Shown here: positions 36,201 to 42,896 of the stretch, piece by piece | Layout of the letters: each line of letters starts with the position of its first letter | How positions within the stretch are numbered: position 1 is the first letter of the stretch | Program-made: the position numbers and the translations under genes | The notes under the pieces: model-generated | Told to the model about the DNA's origin: nothing | Database searches by the model: none | The model's input: only the letters and a program-made list of their open reading frames with translations | From: Calothrix sp. PCC 7103 | GTDB taxonomy: Bacteria; Cyanobacteriota; Cyanobacteriia; Cyanobacteriales; Nostocaceae | Reading direction: 5' to 3' | Assembly (NCBI GenBank): GCA_000331305.1 | Contig: KB217478.1 | Location: 64,544 to 112,543, forward strand | Length of the DNA stretch: 48,000 nucleotides

Positions 36201-36753
36201 TTGGCGTCACTTCGCTATAAGGATTTTCCTCTCTATATTGCGCGATTTCTGACCAGTCAGAATCCAAGCATATGATACGCTGCAAATGTTGAGGAAGTTT
36301 CTCTATAAACTGCATTTTAGTTAGCAGTATTTGCACAGAGGCATCTTCTGCCATAAAAGCCAAGCGTTCAAAGGGGTATGTCAAGTCTAGAGGAACGTAG
36401 GTGCCACCAGCTTTAAGGATAGCTAATAGCCCAACAATCATCTCTAAAGAGCGCTCTATACAAATACCAACCAAAACTTCTGGTTCAACCCCCAGTGATT
36501 GAAGGTAGTGCGCTAACTGGTTGGCTCTTGCATTCAGTTCCTTGTATGTTAGCTGCTTCCCTTCAAATACTAGTGCTACACTCTTCGGCGCTCGCTCAAC
36601 AGTCGCTTCAAAGAGTTCATGAATGCACTTATCATTAGGGTAATCACTTTGAGTATTATTCCACTCAACTAATAACTTATGCAGTTCTGCTTCTGTTAAA
36701 AGGTGTTCTGACTTTGCTACGGGAATTTCTGAATTATTAAAAGATTTAGTCAT
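30271..36753 (-). CDS. bimodular non-ribosomal peptide synthetase, domain order A-T-C-A-T-C (no TE, no starter C)
   Basis: Two adenylation domains (LAYVMYTSGSTGKPKG / LAYLIYTSGSTGKPKG, YKTGDL, GRIDNQVKIRGFRIELGEIE, NGKVDR). Two carrier domains (LGGQSL, LGGHSL). Two condensation domains (HHIIIDGVS, HHIITDGWS). Confidence 0.95.
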   Translation of the reverse strand: MTKSFNNSEIPVAKSEHLLTEAELHKLLVEWNNTQSDYPNDKCIHELFEATVERAPKSVALVFEGKQLTYKELNARANQLAHYLQSLGVEPEVLVGICIERSLEMIVGLLAILKAGGTYVPLDLTYPFERLAFMAEDASVQILLTKMQFIEKLPQHLQRIICLDSDWSEIAQYREENPYSEVTPNNLAYVMYTSGSTGKPKGVSIMHRGVVRLVKATNYANFGAEEIFLQLAPISFDASTFEIWGSLLNGGLLVVMPPHKPSLQELGQALIQYKITTLWLTAGLFHLMVDEQLESLKNVRQLLAGGDVLSVPHVKKALQELKGCTLINGYGPTENTTFTCCYTITDFNHVEDYVPIGRPIANTQVYLLDEKLQPVTVGVLGELYIGGDGLARGYLNRPDLTNEKFIPNPFSNLSDGHLYKTGDLARYNRDGNIEFLGRIDNQVKIRGFRIELGEIEAVLRQHPNVLDAVVTVCSDIPDDKRLVAYVVGNTENLATLAQKELEGYVVQKLIPHIRSFLQGKLPDYMVPSYFVLLDALPLTPNGKVDRLTLPAPDIKRLERLENFVAPRTTIEKVLVRIWNEVLGLGQIGIHDNFLELGGQSLLAVQIISRLYDTLQVKLSVDSLFASLTIAKLATSIEAVDWENKKNFASSIQRVSRNQNLPLSWGQEQLWFLAQLQPDTPVYNEPFTIRLGGAIDVTALEKALNKIIQRHESLRSRFITVDGQPVQVIDSPTTFNLAVVDLRQFPQDRRESEALRLATREAKQAFDLSSSSLLRATLMRLADEDYRLFLTFHHIIIDGVSLYSVFLPELATLYEAFSRAKPSPLTELPIQYADFTSWQRQWFTKEILQSQLNYWKQQLTDLSILQLPYDRPRRVKQTFRGARLCFALSKNLTEALKTLSQQEGVTLYMTLLAAFKTLLYRYTGQDDIVVGTVSAGRNRPEIEKLMGYFLNTLVLRTDLSGSPSFQQLLSRVRSVTLEAYAHEDLPYQKLVETLQPERNLSHNPLFQVAFVLEPPVPSLSVDWTISQLDIQTDTAKFDITLELDSRLEGIIGRLEYNTDLFDASTISRMIEHFRTLLSGIVTNPKAQISELPMLTEAERQQLLVEWNNTQTQYPQDKYIHQLFEEQVELTPDAIAVVFEGEQLTYRELNAKANQLAHYLQAIGVEPEVLVGICVERSLEMVVGLLGILKAGGAYVPLDPEYPSKRLAFMLKDSKVQVLLTQTQLMEKLPQCSERIICLDSDWEEVAQHSEENPYSKTAFNNLAYLIYTSGSTGKPKGVAIMHRGVVRLVKATNYANFGAEEIFLQLAPISFDASTFEIWGSLLNGGLLVIMPSHKPSLQELGQALVQYQITTLWLTAGLFHLMVDEQLESLKNVRQLLAGGDVLSVPHVKKALQELKGCTLINGYGPTENTTFTCCYTITDFNHVEDNVPVGRPIANTQAYVLDKKLQPVPIGVSGELYIGGDGLARGYLNLPDLTAEKFIPNPFNQKSGSRLYKTGDLVRYLPDGNIEFLGRIDNQVKIRGFRIELGEIESLLAKHSAVKETVVIVRENIVGSKQLIAYIVPNKELANIISDLRDFLKEQLPDYMVPSAFVTLNALPLTPNGKVDRRALPAPKYQPELELNFVAPRTPVEEILASIWASVLALKKVGIYNNFFELGGHSLLAVQIISRICEKFEINLPLSCLFQLPTIAALSQLIDSTLTINTQGYSFRKIPAVSPQARTQVIPLSFAQDYIWCLEHKFAGKCAANSSMALRLTGTLSRTVLERSLNEIIRRHEILRTTFPIVKEQPTQKIAPSFTLPFQFIDLQYLCSQMSKEAEAYRIFREAMNREFDLTVAPPIKTILIQLSEEEHWLLIAMHHIITDGWSCGILLQELEIIYSNFLVGKPSPLPELPLQYADFAIWQRKNFSEEVLSAHLPYWQQHLANFPTSLDLFPAIQSTPDRSFANEYHFSLPVSLTNNIASLSHACSVTPFIVLLTALNILLHKWSKQTDILVVGTIANRSILEIERLLGCFISDLPLGIQLNCNQTAISLLGQVRKTVTEGLTYAIPSEKIWEPVENKLKILRTVTFVLVPAKNWLGQILKCEELTISSDRGLWSEQDVPLELYADYPNETTQAIKFHACYSTTTFTAEMIERFLKSYEVIIEQLVRYPETIISDFVLIE
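30274..31596 (-). other. C-terminal condensation-type domain (HHIITDG at aa 1856-1862) in the position normally held by a TE
   Basis: IPLSFAQDYIW ... HHIITDGWS ... YADFAIWQ. It is followed directly by the stop codon. Confidence 0.7.
31669..31884 (-). other. NRPS carrier domain T2 (Ser ~aa 1659)
   Basis: FFELGGHSLLAVQIISRI; the Ser codon is at 31777-31779. Confidence 0.7.
31933..33444 (-). other. NRPS adenylation domain A2 (approx. aa 1104-1607), near-duplicate of A1
   Basis: The hand-read specificity residues are the same as in A1 (D-A-F-W-L-G-G-T-F-K). The DNA is ~90-95% identical to A1 by eye over several hundred bp, at an offset of 3222 bp. Confidence 0.7.
33499..34776 (-). other. NRPS condensation domain C1 (HHIIIDG at aa 792-798)
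   Basis: LPLSWGQEQLWFL ... HHIIIDGVS ... YADFTSWQ. Confidence 0.7.
34849..35061 (-). other. NRPS carrier domain T1 (Ser ~aa 600; unusual GGQS instead of GGHS/GGDS)
   Basis: FLELGGQSLLAVQIISRL; the Ser codon is at 34954-34956. Confidence 0.7.
35110..36666 (-). other. NRPS adenylation domain A1 (approx. aa 30-548)
   Basis: Core motifs A1-A10 are present. The 10-residue code read by hand is D-A-F-W-L-G-G-T-F-K. Confidence 0.7.
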
Positions 36754-37231
36754 TAAATTAAGTGTAAGTTTAATTTATAAAATAAAGTTGCAAGAGAGTA
36801 TATTAGGTTTTATTTATCTAATAAAACCCTGTTGATAATTACTATGAGTAGAGCAGTAGCTATCGTTCCTTTGGATTCAAGTTATTGTTACAACATACGT
36901 TTACCTCGCTGGTTATTTTTTGCTGAAATAGCACTGTCAAATAAGCGTCTCTTCCTGTAGTTTGGGGTACAGGGCACGCTTGTAGCTAATCCCAAAGCGC
37001 AAACACAATTTTCTTTGAGTTTTGCACTGAGAACTAGTTTAAACTCCAGTAGGTTAAGTAATGGTCATTTCTATGTTGGTCATTGATTAACTTAATGTAG
37101 CTGTTTTGCCTTGTGGAATAGTGTAGTCATTGGGGTGTATGTATTAGTACTTAACTACCAATGACTCTAAACAGGATTTTGGGCAAAATCCTTACACAAC
37201 GAGCTTTTAAGTCTCAGTATATTTTTAAAAC

Positions 37232-37435
37232 TCAAACCGGATTCCTATATATTGTAGTGTGATACTTTATACTTATAATTTTCTTAGTTACTGATTTTGT
37301 TTCTCCTACAGGTATATCTGTGTCTCCTTTCTGAAAATTAAGGACAATGGACTTATCCGCGTTATTGGTGAATGGAGTCTGAGTAGGTTTCACTGTTCTA
37401 TCAGTTGGGGTATCTGTATAGATTATTTTACTCAT
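37232..37435 (-). CDS. small hypothetical protein (67 aa)
   Basis: ORF only, upstream of the NRPS on the same strand. Thr/Lys-rich with no recognised motif (not MbtH-like). Confidence 0.25.
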   Translation of the reverse strand: MSKIIYTDTPTDRTVKPTQTPFTNNADKSIVLNFQKGDTDIPVGETKSVTKKIISIKYHTTIYRNPV

Positions 37436-37576
37436 ACTGGTTGCTGCTTTTTAGTTCAAGTTAAATTTCGGTTAAATATCCGATTGATACATAAATTTAT
37501 TTGCATTTTTGATGCTATGCATTCAAGGCAAGAGGCCGCCATTGGCGACCGTCTACACATCTATATGATTATAGTT

Positions 37577-38194
37577 TTATGCTGCAATTTGGTTTTGAGT
37601 TTCAAAGCTGTAACCATCACTTGGATTCCCTGTAAGTACCACTGTCAGCTTTTTCAAACCTTCTAGAGAAATTTCAGTAAAATTATCGCTCATTACAGCA
37701 GAACTGATAATGTCACCCTCTTCATATTCAGAAGTTATTCCAAAATATATCTTAGGGTGAAAAACAAATTCTGCTTTTTGATTTTTACCAACTTGCTCCT
37801 TCCTAGCAATTACTTTTTTATCCTTCAGGGCAATTACACAAATACCTCCGTCAGTGCTAACCTTGTTAAGCACATCAAATTCGTTAGTGGTTTTGTTTGT
37901 ACCCGTTTGTTTCAAACTAAAACCTCCAGGAGTGTCTTCAAGCGCATAGTTTTTACCATTTTCTACACTTATAGGCAAAGTTCCGCTGCTACCATTATCC
38001 CATGTTACTTGAGCCTCGGTATCAATAGTGTATTTAAACTTATGCCAAGAATTGTATCCAACGTTTTTTATTACCTGCCATGCAGTGGAGTAAGCAGAAA
38101 AATTTGATTCTGCTTGTTGCATGAATACCACTATTTCAGGGCGATCGTTATCATCGGACTGGTTGAGGAATGTAATTTCTACATCAATAGACAT
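37577..38194 (-). CDS. 205-aa protein of unknown function, paralogue 1
   Basis: The internal ATG at 38194 is preceded by AAGGAAG and gives exactly 205 aa, the same length as 39622..40239. Shared blocks: STAWQVIKN(V/I)GYN(S/C)WHKF, N(E/Q)FDV(L/I)N, KA(E/V)FVF(H/N)PK(I/L)YF, SEYE.G.II, FTEI.L. Confidence 0.6.
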   Translation of the reverse strand: MSIDVEITFLNQSDDNDRPEIVVFMQQAESNFSAYSTAWQVIKNVGYNSWHKFKYTIDTEAQVTWDNGSSGTLPISVENGKNYALEDTPGGFSLKQTGTNKTTNEFDVLNKVSTDGGICVIALKDKKVIARKEQVGKNQKAEFVFHPKIYFGITSEYEEGDIISSAVMSDNFTEISLEGLKKLTVVLTGNPSDGYSFETQNQIAA

Positions 38195-38841
38195 TGATTT
38201 ATCTTCCTTAAAGTTATTGGAGTTTTTTGTTCTAAAGGTAAGGGTTGTAGATAATATTGCTTGAATTACAAAAATATATTCAGATTTGGAATTTATCAAT
38301 ATATTTAGAGATAAGTTAATCCAATCTATCTATAATCTAAATCTAGCTCAAGCATAAATTATCTTTTTTCTACTTACAGCAGCCATTTTGTACAAGTTGC
38401 TGTAGGTCTTTTGCCCCTTTTAGTAGCTTTGGAAAGCAAAACAGAAACTAAAAGGTTAGCAAGCTGAAAAAATGTCCGTGAATAAATTTAGGCATTTAAC
38501 AAGGACACCTTTTCTTTTTGTGCTGTGCATGTCGAAAAGATTTATCTGCTTACCTGTATCATTTTTATTCTTAATAACACGCTCCCAACACCGAGTAATC
38601 ACTGAAATATTTAGTTTACTTGTAGCAGAGTATTTACGGAGCATCTACTAATTTTTGTTTTTTTTACTAAGTAAATATATTTAAATAGCGATAATATCCG
38701 TTTAGAACTAAGTCAAGTAGGAGGCATGTATAGAAGGAGAAAATATTTGATTTCACTTTAAGTAGGTGGGCAAAAATAAAGCACACTGGTTTTGTTCTGC
38801 TTAAAAGCGCTAAAGTCAAACTGTGAGAGGATTACAGCAGT

Positions 38842-38859
38842 TTTACATTTCGTTACATA
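38842..38859 (+). promoter_or_regulatory. HLR1-type (RpaB-box) motif 1 with conserved downstream promoter-like segment
   Basis: TTTACATT-TC-GTTACATA is a perfect match to (G/T)TTACA(T/A)(T/A)-N2-(G/T)TTACA(T/A)(T/A). It is followed by TTCCATTTACCTACTTATATACAAA. Confidence 0.5.
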
Positions 38860-39116
38860 GTGGTAAATTTTTCCATTTACCTACTTATATACAAAGTTAT
38901 ATGTCCAATGTTAGATATTGTTTCGTGATTGCAATGCCTAACCCTGAATACAAGCAATAAGCTCCTGATACTTCGTCAGCATATTTACGTATAACTGAGG
39001 TTTAGCCTCTTTTATAAGTAGTTGGACGCAATTAAGTAAGTTGGCATTAAAAATCACAACTGTGTTTAGTTTTGTAAGTAAGCTAAAACCCAGCCAAATT
39101 AGGCTTTTACTTTAAG

Positions 39117-39134
39117 TTTACATTCTGTTACATA
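39117..39134 (+). promoter_or_regulatory. HLR1-type (RpaB-box) motif 2 with conserved downstream promoter-like segment
   Basis: TTTACATT-CT-GTTACATA is a perfect HLR1 match. It is followed by TTCCACTCACCTACCTAATTACAAA and lies 275 bp downstream of motif 1. Confidence 0.5.
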
Positions 39135-39621
39135 GTTTAGTTTATTTCCACTCACCTACCTAATTACAAAAATCTGAGATAGGATTCCTGCCAAACAAAG
39201 AAACAGTATAAAATTAATCTGGTATGTTTAATTAACTTAATAATCGTGTAATATTGATTTAACAAACTACATATAGGCAAATTGCTAGTATCCATATTTC
39301 GGGCAAATGTATGTGTACTAGTCCTGTCACTTTTTAGGTCTAGTTCCGAAATTAAGGTTAAGCCCGCATCTGATGTTACAATTTAACCAGTAAAATTAAC
39401 TATGACTGGACATAATTTAACTTGTTCAAATTTAAACTGTTTTGGTATAGAGTGTATTGTGCTGGGGGTCATAGTCTAAAGTATTAAAATTTTTCTGCAA
39501 TATATATTCTAGCAGTTTTTGACCCCTCTTTTCTCAGATTTTATGATAAATCCGGGATATACCCTTGCATATTTTATCGTAACTTTCTTAAAACATAAAA
39601 CTGAATTTTTATCAGTAATTT

Positions 39622-40239
39622 CTATAGATTATTGTAACAAGTCATAAATTTATAACCTTTGGCTTCATTACCTCGAAGAGTAATTGATAAACTTGAACCC
39701 TTAATTAAATCAATTTCTGTAAATATTGTGCTGTTGAGAGGTAGGCAAATAATTTTACCGATTTCATATTCAGAGCAAATTGCAAAATATAATTTTGGAT
39801 TGAATACGAATACTGCTTTTTGCTTACTAGCAATCTGATGTTGTACTTGAATTGGATTACTACCCTTAAGAACTATAACAGAAATATTTTCCGACATACT
39901 AATATTATTAATAACATCAAACTGATTAGAACCATTATTATATTTTGTTTGCACTAAAGACAAATTTCCATTATTTTTTTCAAAAGAATAGCTTGCACCT
40001 AACATAATATTCTTGCTTAAAATTTCAGTTTTACCATTGTTACTCCATAGAATTAAAACCGAGATTTTAAGAGGATATACAAACTTGTGCCAACAGTTAT
40101 AACCTATATTTTTTATTACCTGCCATGCGGTTGAGCTTGCAGAGAAAGGTAATGTAGAAGGCTGCATATAAATAAGAATAGTTGAGTTATTTTGGTAATG
40201 AGACTTATTAACGTATGTGATTTTAATATCAGTATGCAT
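39622..40239 (-). CDS. 205-aa protein of unknown function, paralogue 2
   Basis: Collinear similarity to 37577..38194 (roughly 35-40% identity by eye) and identical length. More AT-rich and Asn/Ile-rich. Confidence 0.6.
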   Translation of the reverse strand: MHTDIKITYVNKSHYQNNSTILIYMQPSTLPFSASSTAWQVIKNIGYNCWHKFVYPLKISVLILWSNNGKTEILSKNIMLGASYSFEKNNGNLSLVQTKYNNGSNQFDVINNISMSENISVIVLKGSNPIQVQHQIASKQKAVFVFNPKLYFAICSEYEIGKIICLPLNSTIFTEIDLIKGSSLSITLRGNEAKGYKFMTCYNNL

Positions 40240-40603
40240 AATAGTTATTGATTATCTTTGTATTCACTCTATGCTAGTTGGAACTAAAACATGCTAAAAT
40301 AGCGGTTAATATTGCATAAATTATATTTGTAAATTACAGATGAGATGGGAGATTTTACTTTATACTACCAAAGTGTAAACCTTTATTACATGAAGATTTG
40401 TAAAAATTATATATAGCAGTCTTAAATCATTCGTAAAGAAGAAAACAAGCTGAAATGCTTGTACATAACTTTCGACCTACGTATTTTTTACACTTTGACT
40501 AGGGTTGTAATCTTACGATAAAGTGTCAGATTAGTATATGGGTTCGCGCATTTATATATAGTCTCAAATCTTGAAATTGCTGAAAGTCTTGTCAAAAGCT
40601 AAT

Positions 40604-40634
40604 TTTACATTGTAGGCTGTGTCTACAATGTAAA
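40604..40634. repeat. perfect 12-bp inverted repeat with 7-nt loop upstream of paralogue 2
   Basis: TTTACATTGTAG-gctgtgt-CTACAATGTAAA. It contains the same TTTACATT word as the HLR1 half-sites, but in inverted arrangement. Confidence 0.4.
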
Positions 40635-41593
40635 TAATTAGGAGCATTTAATAATTCAAGTACAAACCAAAAACCCTATGAAGCTGGCTTTTGGGCATAG
40701 TAGTAAAAACTCTGATAGCTTGTGCTAAAATTATAACTTACCAAAATTGTCAAATTTCTGCGTACATTAAATAAACTGCTTTGATTAAACAGTTAAAAAA
40801 TACACGACACCACAAAACTCAATGTTTCTCTAAATCTGGCTCTTCTTCTAGAGGAAGGTAGCGTTGAATTGTACTAATTACTCTCAATTCTGCAATATCT
40901 TCTGGCTTCCAGGTGTCATAAAGTGCAAGATGAATGCCCTCACTACGTCTTCCTACTTGTCCATTTAGAGCAGAACAGTTTAGCAATTCATAAGTACCAA
41001 ACAAAACCTGTACTGTACCAGTCAGGTTAGCAATTTATTTAATTCAGTTCATTTGTTGTAGCATTTGGTGTCCACCAGATACTTCATCAATGTAAAATTA
41101 CTCATTTTCAGTAAAACTACTGAACCAGTTAGCAAGTAGCTAGATTTAAACTGACTAGTTGAAGGCTGGCGGCGCTTGCAACTCTGTTGAAATAGCACTA
41201 ACTGCCCCAAGTGAATATTTATCTGAGTAATCAGACATCGAATCAAAGGAAAGCAATTCAAGTATTATCGGCTGTAAACTAGGCGATGGTTAGTTGCTGG
41301 TGCGTTGAGGCAACGAACGGTGTGTGAAAGGCAGCCTGCACCTATTTTGGCTAGGGCACAATTTGATGAAGAAATTGGAAGTTGGGGGAATTCCTGTCTG
41401 GCGGTGTTCTGGATGCAACAACAACCCCTTGTGGGTAAAGGATGGGGAGAATTTCTGCTACCGTCCCGTGTTCCTCCTTTGTATCGTTTTTCCTATTTTC
41501 AATTCTTTGTCAAGAATCTGTGGGGATGATGATGTGGGTTTGTTTCTTTTGAGTCAAACTTCCTCAAATCAAGTAAAATAAGGAGCTGAAAAG

Positions 41594-41950
41594 ATGTTAA
41601 AAATTTTAAAAAGGTTGGTAAGGTTAACTGTAGTTACCGGAATTTCCATCATGGTACTGGTTCTTAGTTTTGGAAACCCAGCTAATGCAGCTGACTATCA
41701 TGGTGGAGGAGTAACGCGCGACGGACAGAAGACGGCGGACACAGTGGATGTACTAGTGCTTACCCCAGGAGAATTTACCAAACAAATATGTAACACGGGT
41801 AGTAATGGAATATTGACACTCAAAGCACCGCCATCCGGGACGAATTACACTCAAGGAACTATTTTGCAATACGCAGCAACAGGCGGACTACGCTGCAAAC
41901 TAACTGTCACCAAAATGATAGGACCATCAAAATATAACGTGACAACGTGA
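41594..41950 (+). CDS. small secreted protein (118 aa), unknown function
   Basis: Sec-type signal peptide (LTVVTGISIMVLVLSFGNPANA/ADY) and a GGAG Shine-Dalgarno 8 nt upstream of the ATG. Confidence 0.55.
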   Translation: MLKILKRLVRLTVVTGISIMVLVLSFGNPANAADYHGGGVTRDGQKTADTVDVLVLTPGEFTKQICNTGSNGILTLKAPPSGTNYTQGTILQYAATGGLRCKLTVTKMIGPSKYNVTT

Positions 41951-42873
41951 CAAGTAGCGAAATTTAATTGGCTGATGAAGCCAGAAAAAGAGCAGGGAAG
42001 AAACGATAACTAGACACCCCTCTCCTCACTTATCTCCACCAATGGCGAGCTTACTCCCCAATGCGACTCACCGTCGCACCTAGCTCATAAAGCCAAGGGA
42101 ACCAGCTAGCACTTTTGCGATAATGTCCCCATACTGAAGTTTTAGTGAATCCCTTGGACAAATTCCTCCTTACAATATATCGAAAGTCATTAAACAAATA
42201 ATGCCATCTTTAATACTTCCTTTGATATTTCCCCAACTGAATGTGTAGCGGGCTTTCATCAAGTGGATTCCCCTTGATGCGATCGCCCAAAGGAAATCAT
42301 GACTAACTTTTCCCACCCTCGTCTTCTAAGCAACTTGCCAACCGGAGCCTAGCTACTGCAATTTTAACCAACCGCGCCACAGTACCTGCAACATCGGTGT
42401 TGTGCAGTTACAGGTAATTTTCAACATTAAGCGCGATAAATTTGATTATATTCTAATCGTTAATTCAGTTATCTCCGGTTTCCAGATTAATACCAAAATT
42501 TTGCAAAACTACTATCATATCAACTGAAATAATAAGATAATTAATGATTGAAAAAATGGCTTTGCGAGTAGCTAAATCTAGACCAGAACTATTTAATAGT
42601 CGATTTTTATTAATACTTAATTAGGCAATCTATTAAAAAAAATAACAGATTGAAAAGCTAAATTTGTTATAAAGCCGAGTTGATGGAAATTTTTACACTT
42701 CCAATTGGAAAGAGCGTTGTTGTAAATAAATGAAATAAGTTTTTAAGTAATTGCTGATTTTGAGCAGAAAACAAATGTTTGCTTAATTCCATAGCACTTG
42801 TAAAATTAAAATTGAAAAATTTATCAACTTATCATCGTTAAGCTCGTCTAGTTTTAATTATGGGGATTTCCCC

Positions 42874-42894
42874 GTTCCTCGTTCCCTGTTCCCT
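42874..42894. repeat. heptamer tandem repeat GTTCC(T/C)(C/T) x3 just downstream of the ABC exporter stop
   Basis: gttcctc gttccct gttccct is preceded by the small hairpin ggggatttcccc. It resembles the STRR style of cyanobacterial heptamer repeats, but the unit is not one of the named STRR1-3. Confidence 0.4.
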
Positions 42895-42896
42895 CT

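Noticed and set aside
38456-38644. 62-aa minus-strand ORF in the long gap between the two paralogues
   Set aside because: Lys/Cys-rich with odd composition and no signals. The gap is better interpreted as regulatory or non-coding, given the HLR1 modules.
39402-39479. 25-aa Cys-rich small ORF (MTGHNLTCSNLNCFGIECIVLGVIV) downstream of the second HLR1 module, a tempting RiPP-like precursor. Also a 19-aa ORF at 38901-38960
   Set aside because: Both are too short to support from sequence alone. They have no Shine-Dalgarno, no recognisable leader (NHLP, Nif11 or lanthipeptide) and no adjacent modification enzyme. Kept only as a note for anyone with Ribo-seq data.
40819-41261. 61-aa (40819..41004) and 70-aa (41049..41261) minus-strand ORFs
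   Set aside because: No motifs or ribosome-binding sites, and the first lacks an obvious N-terminal domain. They may be remnants of a disrupted gene, but I cannot support a call.
41280-41590. Cobalamin or other known riboswitch in the GC-rich leader
   Set aside because: A GGTG..GAA..CC-like stretch is present (acggtgtgtgaaaggc), but the B12 box (GCCACTG) and other conserved cores I can recall are absent. I cannot assign a class by eye.
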